A stretch of 64,000 nt of DNA from Bdellovibrionales bacterium (GTDB taxonomy: Bacteria > Bdellovibrionota > Bdellovibrionia > Bdellovibrionales > UBA1609), in contig CBDBIB010000003.1 in assembly GCA_965205945.1 (NCBI GenBank), forward strand, positions 256,001-320,000. The letters run 5' to 3'. The translations under genes were made by a program, and so were the position numbers. The stretch's first letter is position 1. Every line of letters begins with the position of its first letter. The notes under the pieces were generated by a model that saw nothing but the letters and a program-made list of their open reading frames with translations, was not told the DNA's origin and made no database searches. This document shows positions 31,577 through 42,816 of the stretch, piece by piece.

Positions 31577-34252
31577 ATGAAATTAATAACTAAAATATTT
31601 GGAACCCAGCATGATCGTGAGATGAAGAGACTTCGTCCACAGATTAATAGAATAAATGAGCTTGAGTCAAAATTTGAAAAACTACCAGATCAAGAGATTC
31701 AAAGGCAAACTCAACTTTTTAAAGAGCGACTTAGTAAAGGTGATGCTATAGATCAGCTTTTACCAGAAGCCTTTGCCGTATGTCGAGAGGCTGCAAAACG
31801 TGTTATGGGTATGCGTCATTATGATGTGCAGTTAATTGGTGGCTTAATTTTAAACCGAGGCTCAATTGCTGAGATGAGAACGGGTGAGGGTAAAACCTTA
31901 ATGGCAACACTCCCTATGTTCTTAAACGCCTTAACAGGCAAGGGTGCTCACGTTGTTACTGTGAATGACTATCTTGCTACTCGTGATGCTGAATGGATGG
32001 GGCAAATTTATAACTGGTTGGGTTTAAGTGTTGGAACAGTTGTTCATGACCTAGATGATGAACAGAGAAAAAAAAACTATGAAGCCGATATCACTTATGG
32101 AACGAATAATGAGTTTGGATTTGATTATTTAAGAGATAATATGAAATTTGATCCTGCAAGTTTTGTTCAAAGAGAGCTAAATTATGCTATAATTGATGAG
32201 TGTGATTCAATTTTAATTGATGAGGCTAGAACACCATTGATTATTTCAGGGTCGGCAGAAGATTCTGTAGAAATTTATAAAGAAATTAATAAAATTGTTC
32301 CTCATTTAAAAAGAGATGCTCATTTTATAATGGAGGAAAAATCAAAAACAGTTTCGATTACTGATGAGGGAAACACTGCAGTTGAAAAATTTTTAGGTGT
32401 GGAAAATGTTTATGATATTCAACATATTGGAAAACTCCACTATATTTACCAAGCTTTAAAAGCTCATTATCTATTTAAAAAAGATGTGGATTATATGATT
32501 GTTAAAGATGAAATTGTTATTATTGACGAGTTCACTGGAAGACTCATGGCAGGAAGGCGCTGGAGTGATGGTTTGCACCAAGCTGTTGAAGCAAAAGAAG
32601 GTGTTCAAATTAGAAAAGAAAATCAGACACTAGCAACGGTTACTTTTCAGAATTATTTTAGAATGTATAATAAACTTTCTGGAATGACGGGAACGGCAGA
32701 AACTGAAGCTGTGGAGTTTCAAAAGATTTATGATCTTGATGTGGTGGTGATTCCTACAAATAAACCAATTACTAGAAAAGATTATAATGATATTATTTAT
32801 CAAACTGAGAATGCAAAATTTAAGGCCATTGCAAAAGATGTAAAACAAAGATCAAAGGCAGGACAGCCAACCTTAATTGGTACGGTAAGTATTCAAAGGT
32901 CTGAAAAATTAAGTGCTCTACTTAATCGTGAAGGTGTTAAGCACAATGTTTTAAATGCTAAGCAACATGAAAAAGAAGCTGAGTATGTGGCGCAAGCAGG
33001 AGCAAAAGGATCGATCACAATAGCTACAAACATGGCTGGTCGAGGCACCGATATTATGCTTGGTGGAAACCCTGAGTTCTTAGCAAAAAAAGAAACTAGT
33101 CAAGTTCAGGGAGAGGTCTATGAGAAAACTCTTTTTAAGTATGAAAAAATATGCGCTGTTGAAAAACAAGAAGTTATTAAACTTGGAGGGCTTTATATTA
33201 TTGGAACAGAGAGGCATGAAGCTCGTCGAGTAGATAATCAGCTAAGAGGTCGATCTGGAAGGCAGGGTGATCCAGGAGAATCTAGATTCTACCTTTCCTT
33301 AGAAGATGATTTAATGAGAATTTTTAATGGTGAAAGAATGAAAAGTATCATGAAAACTCTTAAAGTTGATGAGGATGAACCTTTAGAGGCTAGAATGGTT
33401 TCAAAAGCTATTGAAAATTCTCAAAAAAAGGTTGAAGGCCATAACTTTGATATAAGAAAACATCTTCTAGATTTTGATGATGTGATGAATCAGCAAAGAG
33501 GAATGATTTATAAGCTTCGACGTGAGGTTCTTGAATATATTGATGTGGACCGTAAGGTTTTAGATATGATGGGGGATAGAACATCTGAAATTCTAGATTT
33601 GTATGTTCCTGATGAGGTTAAAAAAGAAACTTGGGATATTCAGGCCCTTAAAACAGCTTTGGTTAAGCAATTTGGTTTTGAATTAAGCCTTTTAGAGGAT
33701 ATGAGTTTTAATCAAATTACTGATCTAGTGAGTAAGTCTGTAAAGACAAGTTACGATGATCAAAAAAGTAAATTAGGTGATTTATTTCCAAGAATTCAAA
33801 AAATTATATTTCTTCAAACAATTGATATTCAATGGAAAGATCATTTAAAAACTGTGGATCAATTAAAAGAAGGCATTAATTTAAGGGCCTTTGCTCAAAA
33901 AGATCCTTTAGTCGAATATAAAAAAGAAGCCTTTAAAGCCTTTGAAATAATGAATCAACAAATTCAAGCAGAAATCATTGAAAAACTTTTTAAAGTTAGT
34001 GTAGTTGCTCCAGATGCTGTTGATCAGATGCAAATGACAAAAGTGGGTGATTATGATTATGAAGGTCCTGAAAATAGTGAAAGCTTTACTCAAGGGACTC
34101 CTTCAGGCTTAATTCATGGAGTATTAGATAAAAATATTATGGAATCTGGGGCTAATCATAGGGCTAGAGGAAATGATAAACAGAGTTTGTCTAGATCTCA
34201 ACGTAGGAAAATAGAAAAGCAAAGTAGATCAAAAGGAAAAATTAAAATTTAA
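31577..34252 (+). CDS. secA: Preprotein translocase subunit SecA
   Basis: EMRTGEGKT, VTVNDYLA, DEARTPLIISG, ATNMAGRGTDI and NQLRGRSGRQGDPG motifs. Confidence 0.98.
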   Translation: MKLITKIFGTQHDREMKRLRPQINRINELESKFEKLPDQEIQRQTQLFKERLSKGDAIDQLLPEAFAVCREAAKRVMGMRHYDVQLIGGLILNRGSIAEMRTGEGKTLMATLPMFLNALTGKGAHVVTVNDYLATRDAEWMGQIYNWLGLSVGTVVHDLDDEQRKKNYEADITYGTNNEFGFDYLRDNMKFDPASFVQRELNYAIIDECDSILIDEARTPLIISGSAEDSVEIYKEINKIVPHLKRDAHFIMEEKSKTVSITDEGNTAVEKFLGVENVYDIQHIGKLHYIYQALKAHYLFKKDVDYMIVKDEIVIIDEFTGRLMAGRRWSDGLHQAVEAKEGVQIRKENQTLATVTFQNYFRMYNKLSGMTGTAETEAVEFQKIYDLDVVVIPTNKPITRKDYNDIIYQTENAKFKAIAKDVKQRSKAGQPTLIGTVSIQRSEKLSALLNREGVKHNVLNAKQHEKEAEYVAQAGAKGSITIATNMAGRGTDIMLGGNPEFLAKKETSQVQGEVYEKTLFKYEKICAVEKQEVIKLGGLYIIGTERHEARRVDNQLRGRSGRQGDPGESRFYLSLEDDLMRIFNGERMKSIMKTLKVDEDEPLEARMVSKAIENSQKKVEGHNFDIRKHLLDFDDVMNQQRGMIYKLRREVLEYIDVDRKVLDMMGDRTSEILDLYVPDEVKKETWDIQALKTALVKQFGFELSLLEDMSFNQITDLVSKSVKTSYDDQKSKLGDLFPRIQKIIFLQTIDIQWKDHLKTVDQLKEGINLRAFAQKDPLVEYKKEAFKAFEIMNQQIQAEIIEKLFKVSVVAPDAVDQMQMTKVGDYDYEGPENSESFTQGTPSGLIHGVLDKNIMESGANHRARGNDKQSLSRSQRRKIEKQSRSKGKIKI

Positions 34253-34959
34253 TGCCACAATGTCCACAGTGTAATATAGAGCTAGAAGATGATTTTGGAA
34301 TCGTAGATTGTAAGTCATGTGGTGCAGTCTGCTCTGTTGATCTTAACGGTGACATTCAAGTTCAGGATGCACAAATTAAAGAAGGTACTAAACCATATGA
34401 AGATTTTAACGTGACGACTACAGAAGAAGAGTTTAAAGATGAGGCTGAACTTTTAAAAGAAAATCAATCTATAGAAGAAGAGTTTAAAGATGAGGCTGAA
34501 CTTTTAAAAGAAAATCAATCTATTTTTGATGAGGAAGATACGGGTGAAGATTTAAAAAACCTCGTATCTGAAGAAATAAAATTTGATGCTAAAGAGCCAG
34601 CTTTAATGAAGGGGGATAATTTTTTAAAAGATTTAGAATTTTTTATAGAAGAAAGCACTTTTAAAGAGCTTGAGCATGTTTATTATGATTTAAATATTTT
34701 TGAGATTAAAGATTGGGAGATGTTAATTCAAACGTTAGCTGATGAACGTTTGGAAATAACACAAGAGGGTTTAGGTGAACTTAAAAAAGATGATCTAGAT
34801 TTGGTAGTTCCTCAATTGACCTTTTTAAGGCTTTCAGTGGTGTATAAAAAACTTTTGCCTCTTGGTGTTAAAATGTCGTGGGCTTTAAGTGAGGAGCAAC
34901 AGCCTAGAACCCAAGAAGATGGAGAGCAAGACTATGGTGGGAATGATCTAGGGGAGTAA
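34252..34959 (+). CDS. Acidic hypothetical protein with N-terminal zinc ribbon
   Basis: CPQC..CKSC; translationally coupled to secA. Confidence 0.65.
   Translation: MPQCPQCNIELEDDFGIVDCKSCGAVCSVDLNGDIQVQDAQIKEGTKPYEDFNVTTTEEEFKDEAELLKENQSIEEEFKDEAELLKENQSIFDEEDTGEDLKNLVSEEIKFDAKEPALMKGDNFLKDLEFFIEESTFKELEHVYYDLNIFEIKDWEMLIQTLADERLEITQEGLGELKKDDLDLVVPQLTFLRLSVVYKKLLPLGVKMSWALSEEQQPRTQEDGEQDYGGNDLGE
34422..34523 (+). repeat. Exact in-frame 51-bp tandem duplication
   Basis: agaagaagagtttaaagatgaggctgaacttttaaaagaaaatcaatctat twice (EEEFKDEAELLKENQSI). Confidence 0.95.
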
Positions 34960-35357
34960 AACTCAGTGAGTTCTTTTTGCGTAAAAGAGCGCTCAAACTT
35001 TGTGTTTATTAAAACACCTTCATTAAAAACTAGGATGTGTTTATAGGTAATTCGACCTTGTGATTTATTAAAGGTTTTTTTTGAGGTTTCATAGACCCAG
35101 TGATCTTGGCCTTTTGTGCGGTATTTTTCCTGAGGCTCATTAAAGCGTTTTAAGACATCTCTTTTAGTCATTCCAATTGATGCATTAAAGATTCTGTTAT
35201 GAAATGACGTGCATCTAAAATTTGCAAAAACAATAAGCAAAAGCACAATTAAACTGATACTGGCTTTCAATACAGAAATTATATTTTTATAAATTGCTGT
35301 AAAAGGTTTTAAAAAGTTAAACATATGTAAAAACCACACTACTTTAAAAAATTGCAT
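34932..35357 (-). CDS. SmpA/BamE-domain lipoprotein-like; start uncertain
   Basis: Signal followed by Cys; IGMTKRDVLKRFNEP..DHWVY..LVFNEGVL pattern. Confidence 0.6.
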   Translation of the reverse strand: MQFFKVVWFLHMFNFLKPFTAIYKNIISVLKASISLIVLLLIVFANFRCTSFHNRIFNASIGMTKRDVLKRFNEPQEKYRTKGQDHWVYETSKKTFNKSQGRITYKHILVFNEGVLINTKFERSFTQKELTEFYSPRSFPP

Positions 35358-35447
35358 ATTGCAGCTTTAAGGTGTAACTAACTTACTAGTGTAAAATTAA
35401 TACATAGTTATTGACTATCTTTGTTCACCAACTTTAAAAGGTTCATT

Positions 35448-35993
35448 ATGAGCTCTAAAAACGATCATTATAACAAATCTGGTATGATTATTTTTCTACT
35501 TTCTATGACAGGGTCTGTGTTTTTCTTTATATATGTGGCGTTTATTCACCCAGGAGTTACAGGAATTGATAAAGTCATTGAGCCATTACAGGAGCCAGAA
35601 GTTTTATCCAGGGCAAAAATTAAGGCTGTTGACCCAGAAACTATTAAAAACCCATGGGTTTTTCAGCCTGGCTTAGTGGCAGCGGGGGCTCAAATTTATG
35701 CTTCAACGTGTGCTAGCTGCCACGGTAAGAAAGGTATGGGCGATGGTGTGGCTGCAATTCCAGGTGTTACTAGAAATCTAGTAATAGGGGATTGGAAAGT
35801 TGGAAAAGGAAGTTCTCAAGATTTATTTAAAGTTCTTCAAAAGGGCATTTCTGGGACAACGATGGCTTCTTTTAAAGACACTGTTTCAAAGAATAAAAGA
35901 TGGGCACTTGTTCATTTTATAAGATCAATTACAAGGAACAAAGCTGATGATGATCCTGCAGTTTTGGAGACTTTTGCTAAAACTGCTGAGTAA
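35448..35993 (+). CDS. Membrane-anchored monoheme cytochrome c
   Basis: N-terminal TM; CASCHG; GISGTTMASF. Confidence 0.9.
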   Translation: MSSKNDHYNKSGMIIFLLSMTGSVFFFIYVAFIHPGVTGIDKVIEPLQEPEVLSRAKIKAVDPETIKNPWVFQPGLVAAGAQIYASTCASCHGKKGMGDGVAAIPGVTRNLVIGDWKVGKGSSQDLFKVLQKGISGTTMASFKDTVSKNKRWALVHFIRSITRNKADDDPAVLETFAKTAE

Positions 35994-36811
35994 TGACTAC
36001 AGTTATTCAAGTATTAATTTTTATAGTCTGGAGTTTTTTAAGTTGGGGTGTTGATCCAACTCAAACAGCTTTAACGCCTAAAGAGTTTGAGCGTGTGGGA
36101 ATTGATCAAAGTGTTTTAGGCTCACAACTGTCTACAAATTTAGAATTTGTAGATGAAAAGGGCAACCGTAAACAGCTTAAAAGTTTTTTTCTACAAGGTA
36201 AGCCGTCTTTAATATCAATTGTTTATTATAACTGCCCTGGCTTGTGTGGTCTTCATATGAACGGGGCGGCTACATTATTTAAAGAGTTCTCTTTAAAAGC
36301 TGGTAAAGATTTTAATTGGATTACTATTACAATGGATGCAACAGAAACTCATGATTTAGCTTTAAAAAAGAAACTTAGCTATATTAATCAGTTTAAAGTT
36401 AAAGGAGCTAGTGCGGGTTGGAAATTTCTTACTTCTGATGAGGAAAATATTAAAAAGATCACTAAAGAAATGGGGTTTTCTTTTAAATGGGATGAAAAGA
36501 CAAAGCAGTTTGCACATTCTGCTGCATTTTACGTCATAACTTCAAAGGGAGAAATTTCTCAAATTATTCCCGGCATCGGGTTTGATGAGCAAACTGTTAG
36601 GTTATCTTTAGTTCAAGCTGCTGGAGGCTCCATTGGCACTGTAATAGATCAGATCCTATTATTTTGCTATCAGTTTGATCCAACTAAAAATAAGTACGGG
36701 CTGTATGCATTTAATCTTATGCGTATAGCTGGTGCTTTGACAGTTTTAGTTTTAGGTATCATTTTAATTCCTTTGTGGAAGAAGGAAAGTTCTAGGGGTG
36801 GCAACACATGA
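35993..36811 (+). CDS. SCO family copper chaperone
   Basis: YYNCPGLC, FAHSAA and LLFCYQFDP motifs; oxidase operon. Confidence 0.9.
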   Translation: MTTVIQVLIFIVWSFLSWGVDPTQTALTPKEFERVGIDQSVLGSQLSTNLEFVDEKGNRKQLKSFFLQGKPSLISIVYYNCPGLCGLHMNGAATLFKEFSLKAGKDFNWITITMDATETHDLALKKKLSYINQFKVKGASAGWKFLTSDEENIKKITKEMGFSFKWDEKTKQFAHSAAFYVITSKGEISQIIPGIGFDEQTVRLSLVQAAGGSIGTVIDQILLFCYQFDPTKNKYGLYAFNLMRIAGALTVLVLGIILIPLWKKESSRGGNT

Positions 36812-37794
36812 AAAAGCTTTTATTAATGGTAGTGTCAGTAGTTACTAGTGCACAAGTATTTGCAACAGGACAAATGCCACTCCAGGCTAATAAATATGCT
36901 ACAAAAGTAGATAGTTTATATAATTTCTTATTAATTGTAAGCTTAATTTCTTGTATTCTTGTAATTGGTGGAATGATTTTTTTTGTTGTTAAATACAAGA
37001 GAAAAACTGCTGATGATGATACCCCTTATATTTCACACAATAGCACTTTAGAGTTTTTATGGAGTTTTATTCCATTTTTAATTTTTTTATTTGTATTTGT
37101 CTGGGGGTGGAAGCTTTTTCATGAGACAAAAACATATCCTAAAAATGCTTTTGAAATTCATGTTTTTGGGCGTCAGTGGAGTTGGGATTTTCAGTATAAA
37201 AGTGGGAAAATGACAACAAATGAGTTTGTGGTTCCTATTGGTAAACCTATTAAGCTTATTCTAACATCAACTGACGTTCTTCACTCATTTTTTATTCCTT
37301 CCATGAGAATCAAGCAAGACGTGGTTCCAGGAATGTATTTAGCAATGTGGTTTCAGGCAGATAAGGAAGGTGAATTCCAAATTTTTTGTACTGAATACTG
37401 TGGTAAAAACCATTCTAGAATGCATGCAAAACTTAAAGTTGTTTCACAAATTGAGTTTGAAGAATGGTTAGCTAACGATCCAATGAAGAAATACGAAGGA
37501 ATGGGGCTTGTTCAAAGAGGTAAGATGGTTGCTAAAGAGAAAGCTTGTACTGTATGCCACAGTTTTATAGAAGATAAGGTTTTAGTGGGTCCATCTTTAA
37601 AAGGTGCTTTTGGGCAGATTAGGGAATTAACAGATGGTTCAAAGGTTAAATTTGATGAGGCTTATATTATTGAAAGTATTAAAAAGCCTCAGGATAAGAA
37701 ACCTGTAGGTTTTAAAAATGGGGTTATGTCCTTAGTTCCTATAAGTGATCAAGAAATTTCTTGGATCATTGAATATATAAAATCAAACAAGTAA
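36808..37794 (+). CDS. coxB: Cytochrome c oxidase subunit II with fused cytochrome c (caa3 type)
   Basis: DVLHSF, CuA motif CTEYCGKNHSRM and C-terminal CTVCH. Confidence 0.95.
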   Translation: MKKLLLMVVSVVTSAQVFATGQMPLQANKYATKVDSLYNFLLIVSLISCILVIGGMIFFVVKYKRKTADDDTPYISHNSTLEFLWSFIPFLIFLFVFVWGWKLFHETKTYPKNAFEIHVFGRQWSWDFQYKSGKMTTNEFVVPIGKPIKLILTSTDVLHSFFIPSMRIKQDVVPGMYLAMWFQADKEGEFQIFCTEYCGKNHSRMHAKLKVVSQIEFEEWLANDPMKKYEGMGLVQRGKMVAKEKACTVCHSFIEDKVLVGPSLKGAFGQIRELTDGSKVKFDEAYIIESIKKPQDKKPVGFKNGVMSLVPISDQEISWIIEYIKSNK

Positions 37795-37807
37795 AGGAGA
37801 GCTTTAG

Positions 37808-39385
37808 ATGCCTCAACTGGGCCAAAATTATTTAAATCATGAAAAAGGCTTATGGTCTTGGTTAACTACTTTAGATCATAAAAAGATTGGGATTATGTAC
37901 ATGATTGCAGTGTTTATTTTCTTTTTTATTGGCGGAGTTTTTGCAATGCTTATTAGGCTTGAACTTTTTAATGCAGACCCATTATTTCAAGCACAAACAT
38001 ATAATCAGATGATGACATATCATGGGGCGATTATGACCTTTATGGTTATTATTCCAGGGATTCCTGCATTTATTGGGAATTTTATTCTTCCACTTTTAAT
38101 TGGTGCAAAAGATGTAGCCTTTCCAAGAGTTAATTTGATGAGTTGGTACTGCTTAATAGTGGGTGCTGCAATTTCTTTTGCAACATTATTTTTTACAGGA
38201 ATTGATACAGGCTGGACTTTTTATACTCCCTACTCCATTCAAACAAGTGGGACTGTTTTAATGGTTTTAGGAGCTTTTGTAATGGGATTTTCGTCTATTC
38301 TTACAGGGCTTAATTTTATTGTAACGGTTCACAAGCTAAGAGCTCCAGGAATGGATTTTTTTAAGATGCCTTTAATGGTCTGGGCTTTATACTCAACTGC
38401 TATTATTCAGGTATTGGCAACTCCAGTACTAGCAATTACACTTTTTTTACTAGCTTGTGAGAGTATTTTTGGAGTAGGTATATTTGATCCAGCTCTTGGA
38501 GGTGATCCTGTATTGTTTCAACACTTTTTTTGGTTTTATTCTCACCCAGCTGTTTACATTATGATTTTACCAGCAATGGGTATTATTTCAGAAATTATCA
38601 CCACTTTTTCAAAAAAGACAATTTTTGGTTATAAGGCTATTGCTTTTTCAAGTCTTGGTATTGCTGCTGTAAGTTTCTTTGTTTGGGGTCACCATATGTT
38701 TGTTAGTGGGCAATCTCAACTTGCAGGTGTTGTATTCTCATTTATTACAATGTTAGTGGGTGTTCCTACGGCAATTAAAACATTTAACTGGGTTGCTACA
38801 ATGTATAAGGGATCAATTCAATTAAGAAGCCCGATGCTTTTTGCTTTAGGCTTTTTGTTTCTTTTTACGATTGGTGGTGTTACAGGAATTATGTTGGCCG
38901 TTTTAGCTGTTGATGTTCATTTTCATGATACGTATTTTGTTGTTGCTCATTTTCACTATGTAATGGTTGGTGGAACATTAATGGCAATTATGGGTGGGGT
39001 TTATTATTGGCTTCCAAAAATGTTTGGGAAAATGTATAATGAGTTTGGTGCACAGATTTCGTTTTTATTTATTTTTTTGGGTTTTAATATCACATTTTTC
39101 CCACAGTTTATTTTAGGCTCTCAGGGTATGCCAAGAAGATATCATGAGTACCTTGCCGCATTTGAATCTTTAAATAGGATTTCAAGCATAGGTGCATGGA
39201 CAATTGGTGTGGGTTTTTTAGTAGGCCTTATAGTTATCTTACAGTGTATTTTAAAAGGGGAGAAGGCACCAAAAAATCCATGGGGTGGTAAGACTCTTGA
39301 ATGGGAGGCTGAATCTCCGCCCATTCATGAAAACTTTGAAAAGCAACCAGTGGTCAACGCCGGCCCTTATGAGTATGGAAGGTAA
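37808..39385 (+). CDS. ctaD: Cytochrome c oxidase subunit I (A2 type)
   Basis: [39 protein letters not shown] and GMPRR motifs. Confidence 0.97.
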   Translation: MPQLGQNYLNHEKGLWSWLTTLDHKKIGIMYMIAVFIFFFIGGVFAMLIRLELFNADPLFQAQTYNQMMTYHGAIMTFMVIIPGIPAFIGNFILPLLIGAKDVAFPRVNLMSWYCLIVGAAISFATLFFTGIDTGWTFYTPYSIQTSGTVLMVLGAFVMGFSSILTGLNFIVTVHKLRAPGMDFFKMPLMVWALYSTAIIQVLATPVLAITLFLLACESIFGVGIFDPALGGDPVLFQHFFWFYSHPAVYIMILPAMGIISEIITTFSKKTIFGYKAIAFSSLGIAAVSFFVWGHHMFVSGQSQLAGVVFSFITMLVGVPTAIKTFNWVATMYKGSIQLRSPMLFALGFLFLFTIGGVTGIMLAVLAVDVHFHDTYFVVAHFHYVMVGGTLMAIMGGVYYWLPKMFGKMYNEFGAQISFLFIFLGFNITFFPQFILGSQGMPRRYHEYLAAFESLNRISSIGAWTIGVGFLVGLIVILQCILKGEKAPKNPWGGKTLEWEAESPPIHENFEKQPVVNAGPYEYGR

Positions 39386-39392
39386 TTAGTAT

Positions 39393-40088
39393 ATGTCTAA
39401 ACATCATCATGCACATCATTTTAATAGCGCAGAACATGAGTTTGAATCTAGTAAGTTTGGTGTTTGGATTTTTTTATGTACAGAAATACTTATGTTTGGT
39501 GGCTTGTTTGTTGGTTATATTCTTTACTCAAGTAAATACCCTGAAGTATTTAAAGCTGGGTCTAAGTTTTTAGATTGGAGGCTTGGAGCTGTTAATACAA
39601 TCGTTCTTTTATTAAGTTCATTCACAATTGCAGTTTCTATTAGAAACCTTCAGTTAGGTCAGAAACAAGCAGCCATGAGAAATATGATTATTACATTAGT
39701 TTGTGGCTTAGTCTTTATGGGAATTAAAGGCTATGAATATCAACATAAATTTCATTTAGGCTTGTACCCAGGCAAGTATTTTAACTATAATCTAGATCAT
39801 GATACACAGAGTTTAACTGATGTAGTTTCCGGTGAGCATAGTGGAACTGTTTACATGGATAAACTTCCAGAAAATATTGGAATGTACTTTGCCTTTTATT
39901 TTATTATGACGGGGATTCATGGAACTCATGTTTTAATCGGTATGGCCTTGATTTTGTGGTGCCTTCTTAGAGCTAGAAAAGATGAGTTTGGACCAGAGTA
40001 CTATACACCTGTAGAAGGTTCAGCACTCTTTTGGCATTTGGTTGATTTAGTTTGGATTTATTTGTTCCCGTTACTTTATTTAATATAG
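39393..40088 (+). CDS. coxC: Cytochrome c oxidase subunit III
   Basis: GVWIFLCTEILMFG, TGIHGTHV and FWHLVDLVW motifs. Confidence 0.95.
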   Translation: MSKHHHAHHFNSAEHEFESSKFGVWIFLCTEILMFGGLFVGYILYSSKYPEVFKAGSKFLDWRLGAVNTIVLLLSSFTIAVSIRNLQLGQKQAAMRNMIITLVCGLVFMGIKGYEYQHKFHLGLYPGKYFNYNLDHDTQSLTDVVSGEHSGTVYMDKLPENIGMYFAFYFIMTGIHGTHVLIGMALILWCLLRARKDEFGPEYYTPVEGSALFWHLVDLVWIYLFPLLYLI

Positions 40089-40112
40089 AGTTAAGAAATA
40101 GAGGAGTTTTAT

Positions 40113-40418
40113 ATGGCTATAGGCGGACATCAAGTTTTACCAATGAAGCTTTACATTAACGTATTTATAGTGCTGTTGATTTTTACTGCAATTACAGTTT
40201 TGGTGGCACAATTTGATTTTGGCATAATGAATGGTGTTGTTGCTATGGCTGTAGCAAGTGTAAAAGCAGTTTTAGTTGCTTTGTATTTTATGCATTTAAA
40301 ATATGATGATAAAAGTAACGCTGTTTGTTTGATCGGTGCATTCTTTTTTTTAATTGTAATGTTTATATTCATTGCTCTTGATGTTGGATCTAGAGCTGTT
40401 CATGTAAATACCTTGTAG
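40113..40418 (+). CDS. Cytochrome c oxidase subunit IV
   Basis: 3 TM segments; KAVLVALYFMHLKY. Confidence 0.9.
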   Translation: MAIGGHQVLPMKLYINVFIVLLIFTAITVLVAQFDFGIMNGVVAMAVASVKAVLVALYFMHLKYDDKSNAVCLIGAFFFLIVMFIFIALDVGSRAVHVNTL

Positions 40419-40444
40419 ATGGAGACGGTCTGCTTTATAAAATA

Positions 40445-41326
40445 ATGAATACAATTATATTACTTTGTAAATCATATCAATCTTTGACTAAGTCAGGGAT
40501 TGTTTTGTTTGTCTTAGTAGTCGGTCTTTGTGGCTATATCATGGGCATGCCTGTAGGAAGGGGTGCTGACTTTAATTTCTTACTTACTTTTATTTTTGGT
40601 CTTTATACTTTAAGCTCTGGAAGCTTAGCTTTAAATCAGGCTCAAGAAATTAATTTAGATAAGAAGATGGATCGAACTCAAAATAGACCTATAGTTTCAG
40701 GTGTTTTTTCTAGAACACAGGGTTTTTTAATCTCAGTACTACTTATATTAATAGGACTGTCTTTTTTGGCGTTGGTAAATATTAGGTCAGCATTTGCAGG
40801 GCTTTTAACAGTATTTCTTTATAATGTGGTATATACATATTTTTGGAAAAAAAAATGGGCATTTGCAGCTGTGCCAGGCGCCATTCCAGGTGCATTTCCT
40901 CCGGTGATTGGGTATTTAGCGCATGAAGGTGCGAGTTGGAATGACCCACAATTGTTTTATCTTTTTGTATTGTTATTTTTGTGGCAAATGCCACATTTTT
41001 GGATTTTAGCGATTAAATTTAAAGATGATTATAGTAAGGCTGGTGTGCCAGTTCTTCCTTTAAAAGTTGGAAATGAAAATACAAAATTTTATATGGGAAT
41101 GTATTTGTTTTGTTATTTAGGTTTGGCTTTTATGGCACCCTTGTTCGTTTTTTCAGGTGTGATTTCAACCATAGCTATTTGGAGTTTTGTCTTGTTAGTA
41201 CTCGTAACGTTTATTCGTTATATAAAAAAAGAAGAAAAATGGCTTCTCTTTTTTTTAACATTAAATTTTTCAATATTAGTATTTAGTTTGGTTCCTGCAA
41301 TAAGTATAATGAAATATTACCTTTAG
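40445..41326 (+). CDS. cyoE: Protoheme IX farnesyltransferase
   Basis: ALNQ..E..D..M.RT..RP, GAIPGA.PP.IG and LWQMPHFW motifs. Confidence 0.93.
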   Translation: MNTIILLCKSYQSLTKSGIVLFVLVVGLCGYIMGMPVGRGADFNFLLTFIFGLYTLSSGSLALNQAQEINLDKKMDRTQNRPIVSGVFSRTQGFLISVLLILIGLSFLALVNIRSAFAGLLTVFLYNVVYTYFWKKKWAFAAVPGAIPGAFPPVIGYLAHEGASWNDPQLFYLFVLLFLWQMPHFWILAIKFKDDYSKAGVPVLPLKVGNENTKFYMGMYLFCYLGLAFMAPLFVFSGVISTIAIWSFVLLVLVTFIRYIKKEEKWLLFFLTLNFSILVFSLVPAISIMKYYL

Positions 41327-41764
41327 GGTTTAATGAGTAGGATACTTTTTAACTATATTAGTTAAGAGTTTTTATAGTTTATGTTATCGTTTATGCGGTT
41401 TTAATTGTATTTTCTCAATTTGAAAAAGAAACTAAAGTATTTAATTATTATAAGTTTAAATTTTTTTCTTCTAAGATTTTTAAATATAATCAAGAGCTAA
41501 TGAGCCAATCAGCTTGAATATTATGATTTTGGTACTAGATTTTTGACTTAAAATAATTCATTTCAATCTTGCAATGTAAACGCCCTAAAACAGACCCCCT
41601 ATGAATTCTTGTGTAGAAAGTTTATAAGAGGCCTCCTTAAACAGAAGGCGTGTAATGTTAAAAAAGAACTTAGCTACAACAAAAAAAGATCAATTTTGGA
41701 TAGGTCATGTTAAAAAAGCACAAGCCTTTAAAGGCAGCAATCTAGAGTACTGTAAATTAAACAA

Positions 41765-41886
41765 TTATTTTGAATTCTTTGTTATAGTGTTTATGTTTTC
41801 TTTTCTCTGACATTTTCTCATCCCTTTCAGCCTCTTTTAGGGCTACATAGGAGCTTCTAATCTGTCTACTTTTTTGGGGAAGTCCA
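41765..41886 (-). mobile_element. Left-end fragment of another IS3-family element
   Basis: Minus strand reads TGGACTTCCCCAAAAAAGTAGACA (IS3-like IR), then MSEKRKHKHYNKEFK (OrfA-like start). Confidence 0.6.
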
Positions 41887-42315
41887 AGGTGCTGAAGCCT
41901 CGTCAATACTCTATTCACTTTTAGTGACCATAAAGTTGAATAAAAAAGACCCCAAAAGACTGGAAGGCTCTAGCAGATTTAATTTTGCATTCATAGAGGG
42001 GCAGTTTAGGCTAACTTTTACCCACAAATAGGTCTAGGTTTTATAATTTTAAAATCAAAATAATATTAAACTCCAAATTGATTTTAAGAATTGGAGTTTT
42101 TGTGAATATTAAAAATGAATTTAAAAATGCTCAACTTGGTGATAAACGACTTAACCACAGACTTGAATACCTTGCTGAGGCTTTGAGTAAAAATAATGGT
42201 GCCCTCGGTTTTTGGATAGTTGGGACCTGAGAGAAAAATTAATTATTTAAAATTCAGTTTAACTTTTGAAATCCACTTTATTTAAACAATATCAGGGGCT
42301 TAAAAAGGAAAACAT

Positions 42316-42816
42316 ATGAAAAACAATAACCTCAATAAAACTTATAATGAAAACTTTAAACTCAACGCTGTGAAAAAATTACTCGCTGACAAAAAAGGAC
42401 TCACTTACACCGCTAGTAAACTTAACATTGCCTCTTTAACCCTCTATGGATGGAAGAAAAAATATGCTAATTTAAATTCTATGACCCACAGCAACAGCAA
42501 TAAAAAACTCTCTCTTGAAGACAAACTTAACTTTATTAAAAAAACTCAATCTTTAAATGAAAACGAACTTGGAAAATTTCTTAGAGAAAATGGACTTAAC
42601 TCTTCAGACCTTATTAATTTTGAAAAAGAATTACTTGGACAAAATCCTGTTGGAAGACCTTCACTTGATCCTGAAATTAAAACTTTAAGGAAAGATAAAA
42701 TAAACTTAGAAAGATCTTTAAATCGAGCTGAAAAAGCTCTAGCTGAACAGTCTGCTAGAATCATCTTGTTAAAAAAAAGCCACGAGATCTGGGGGGTCAA
42801 AGAGGACGAAGATTAA
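42316..42816 (+). CDS. IS3 transposase OrfA
   Basis: HTH YNENFKLNAV..TLYGWKK and a leucine zipper. Confidence 0.88.
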   Translation: MKNNNLNKTYNENFKLNAVKKLLADKKGLTYTASKLNIASLTLYGWKKKYANLNSMTHSNSNKKLSLEDKLNFIKKTQSLNENELGKFLRENGLNSSDLINFEKELLGQNPVGRPSLDPEIKTLRKDKINLERSLNRAEKALAEQSARIILLKKSHEIWGVKEDED

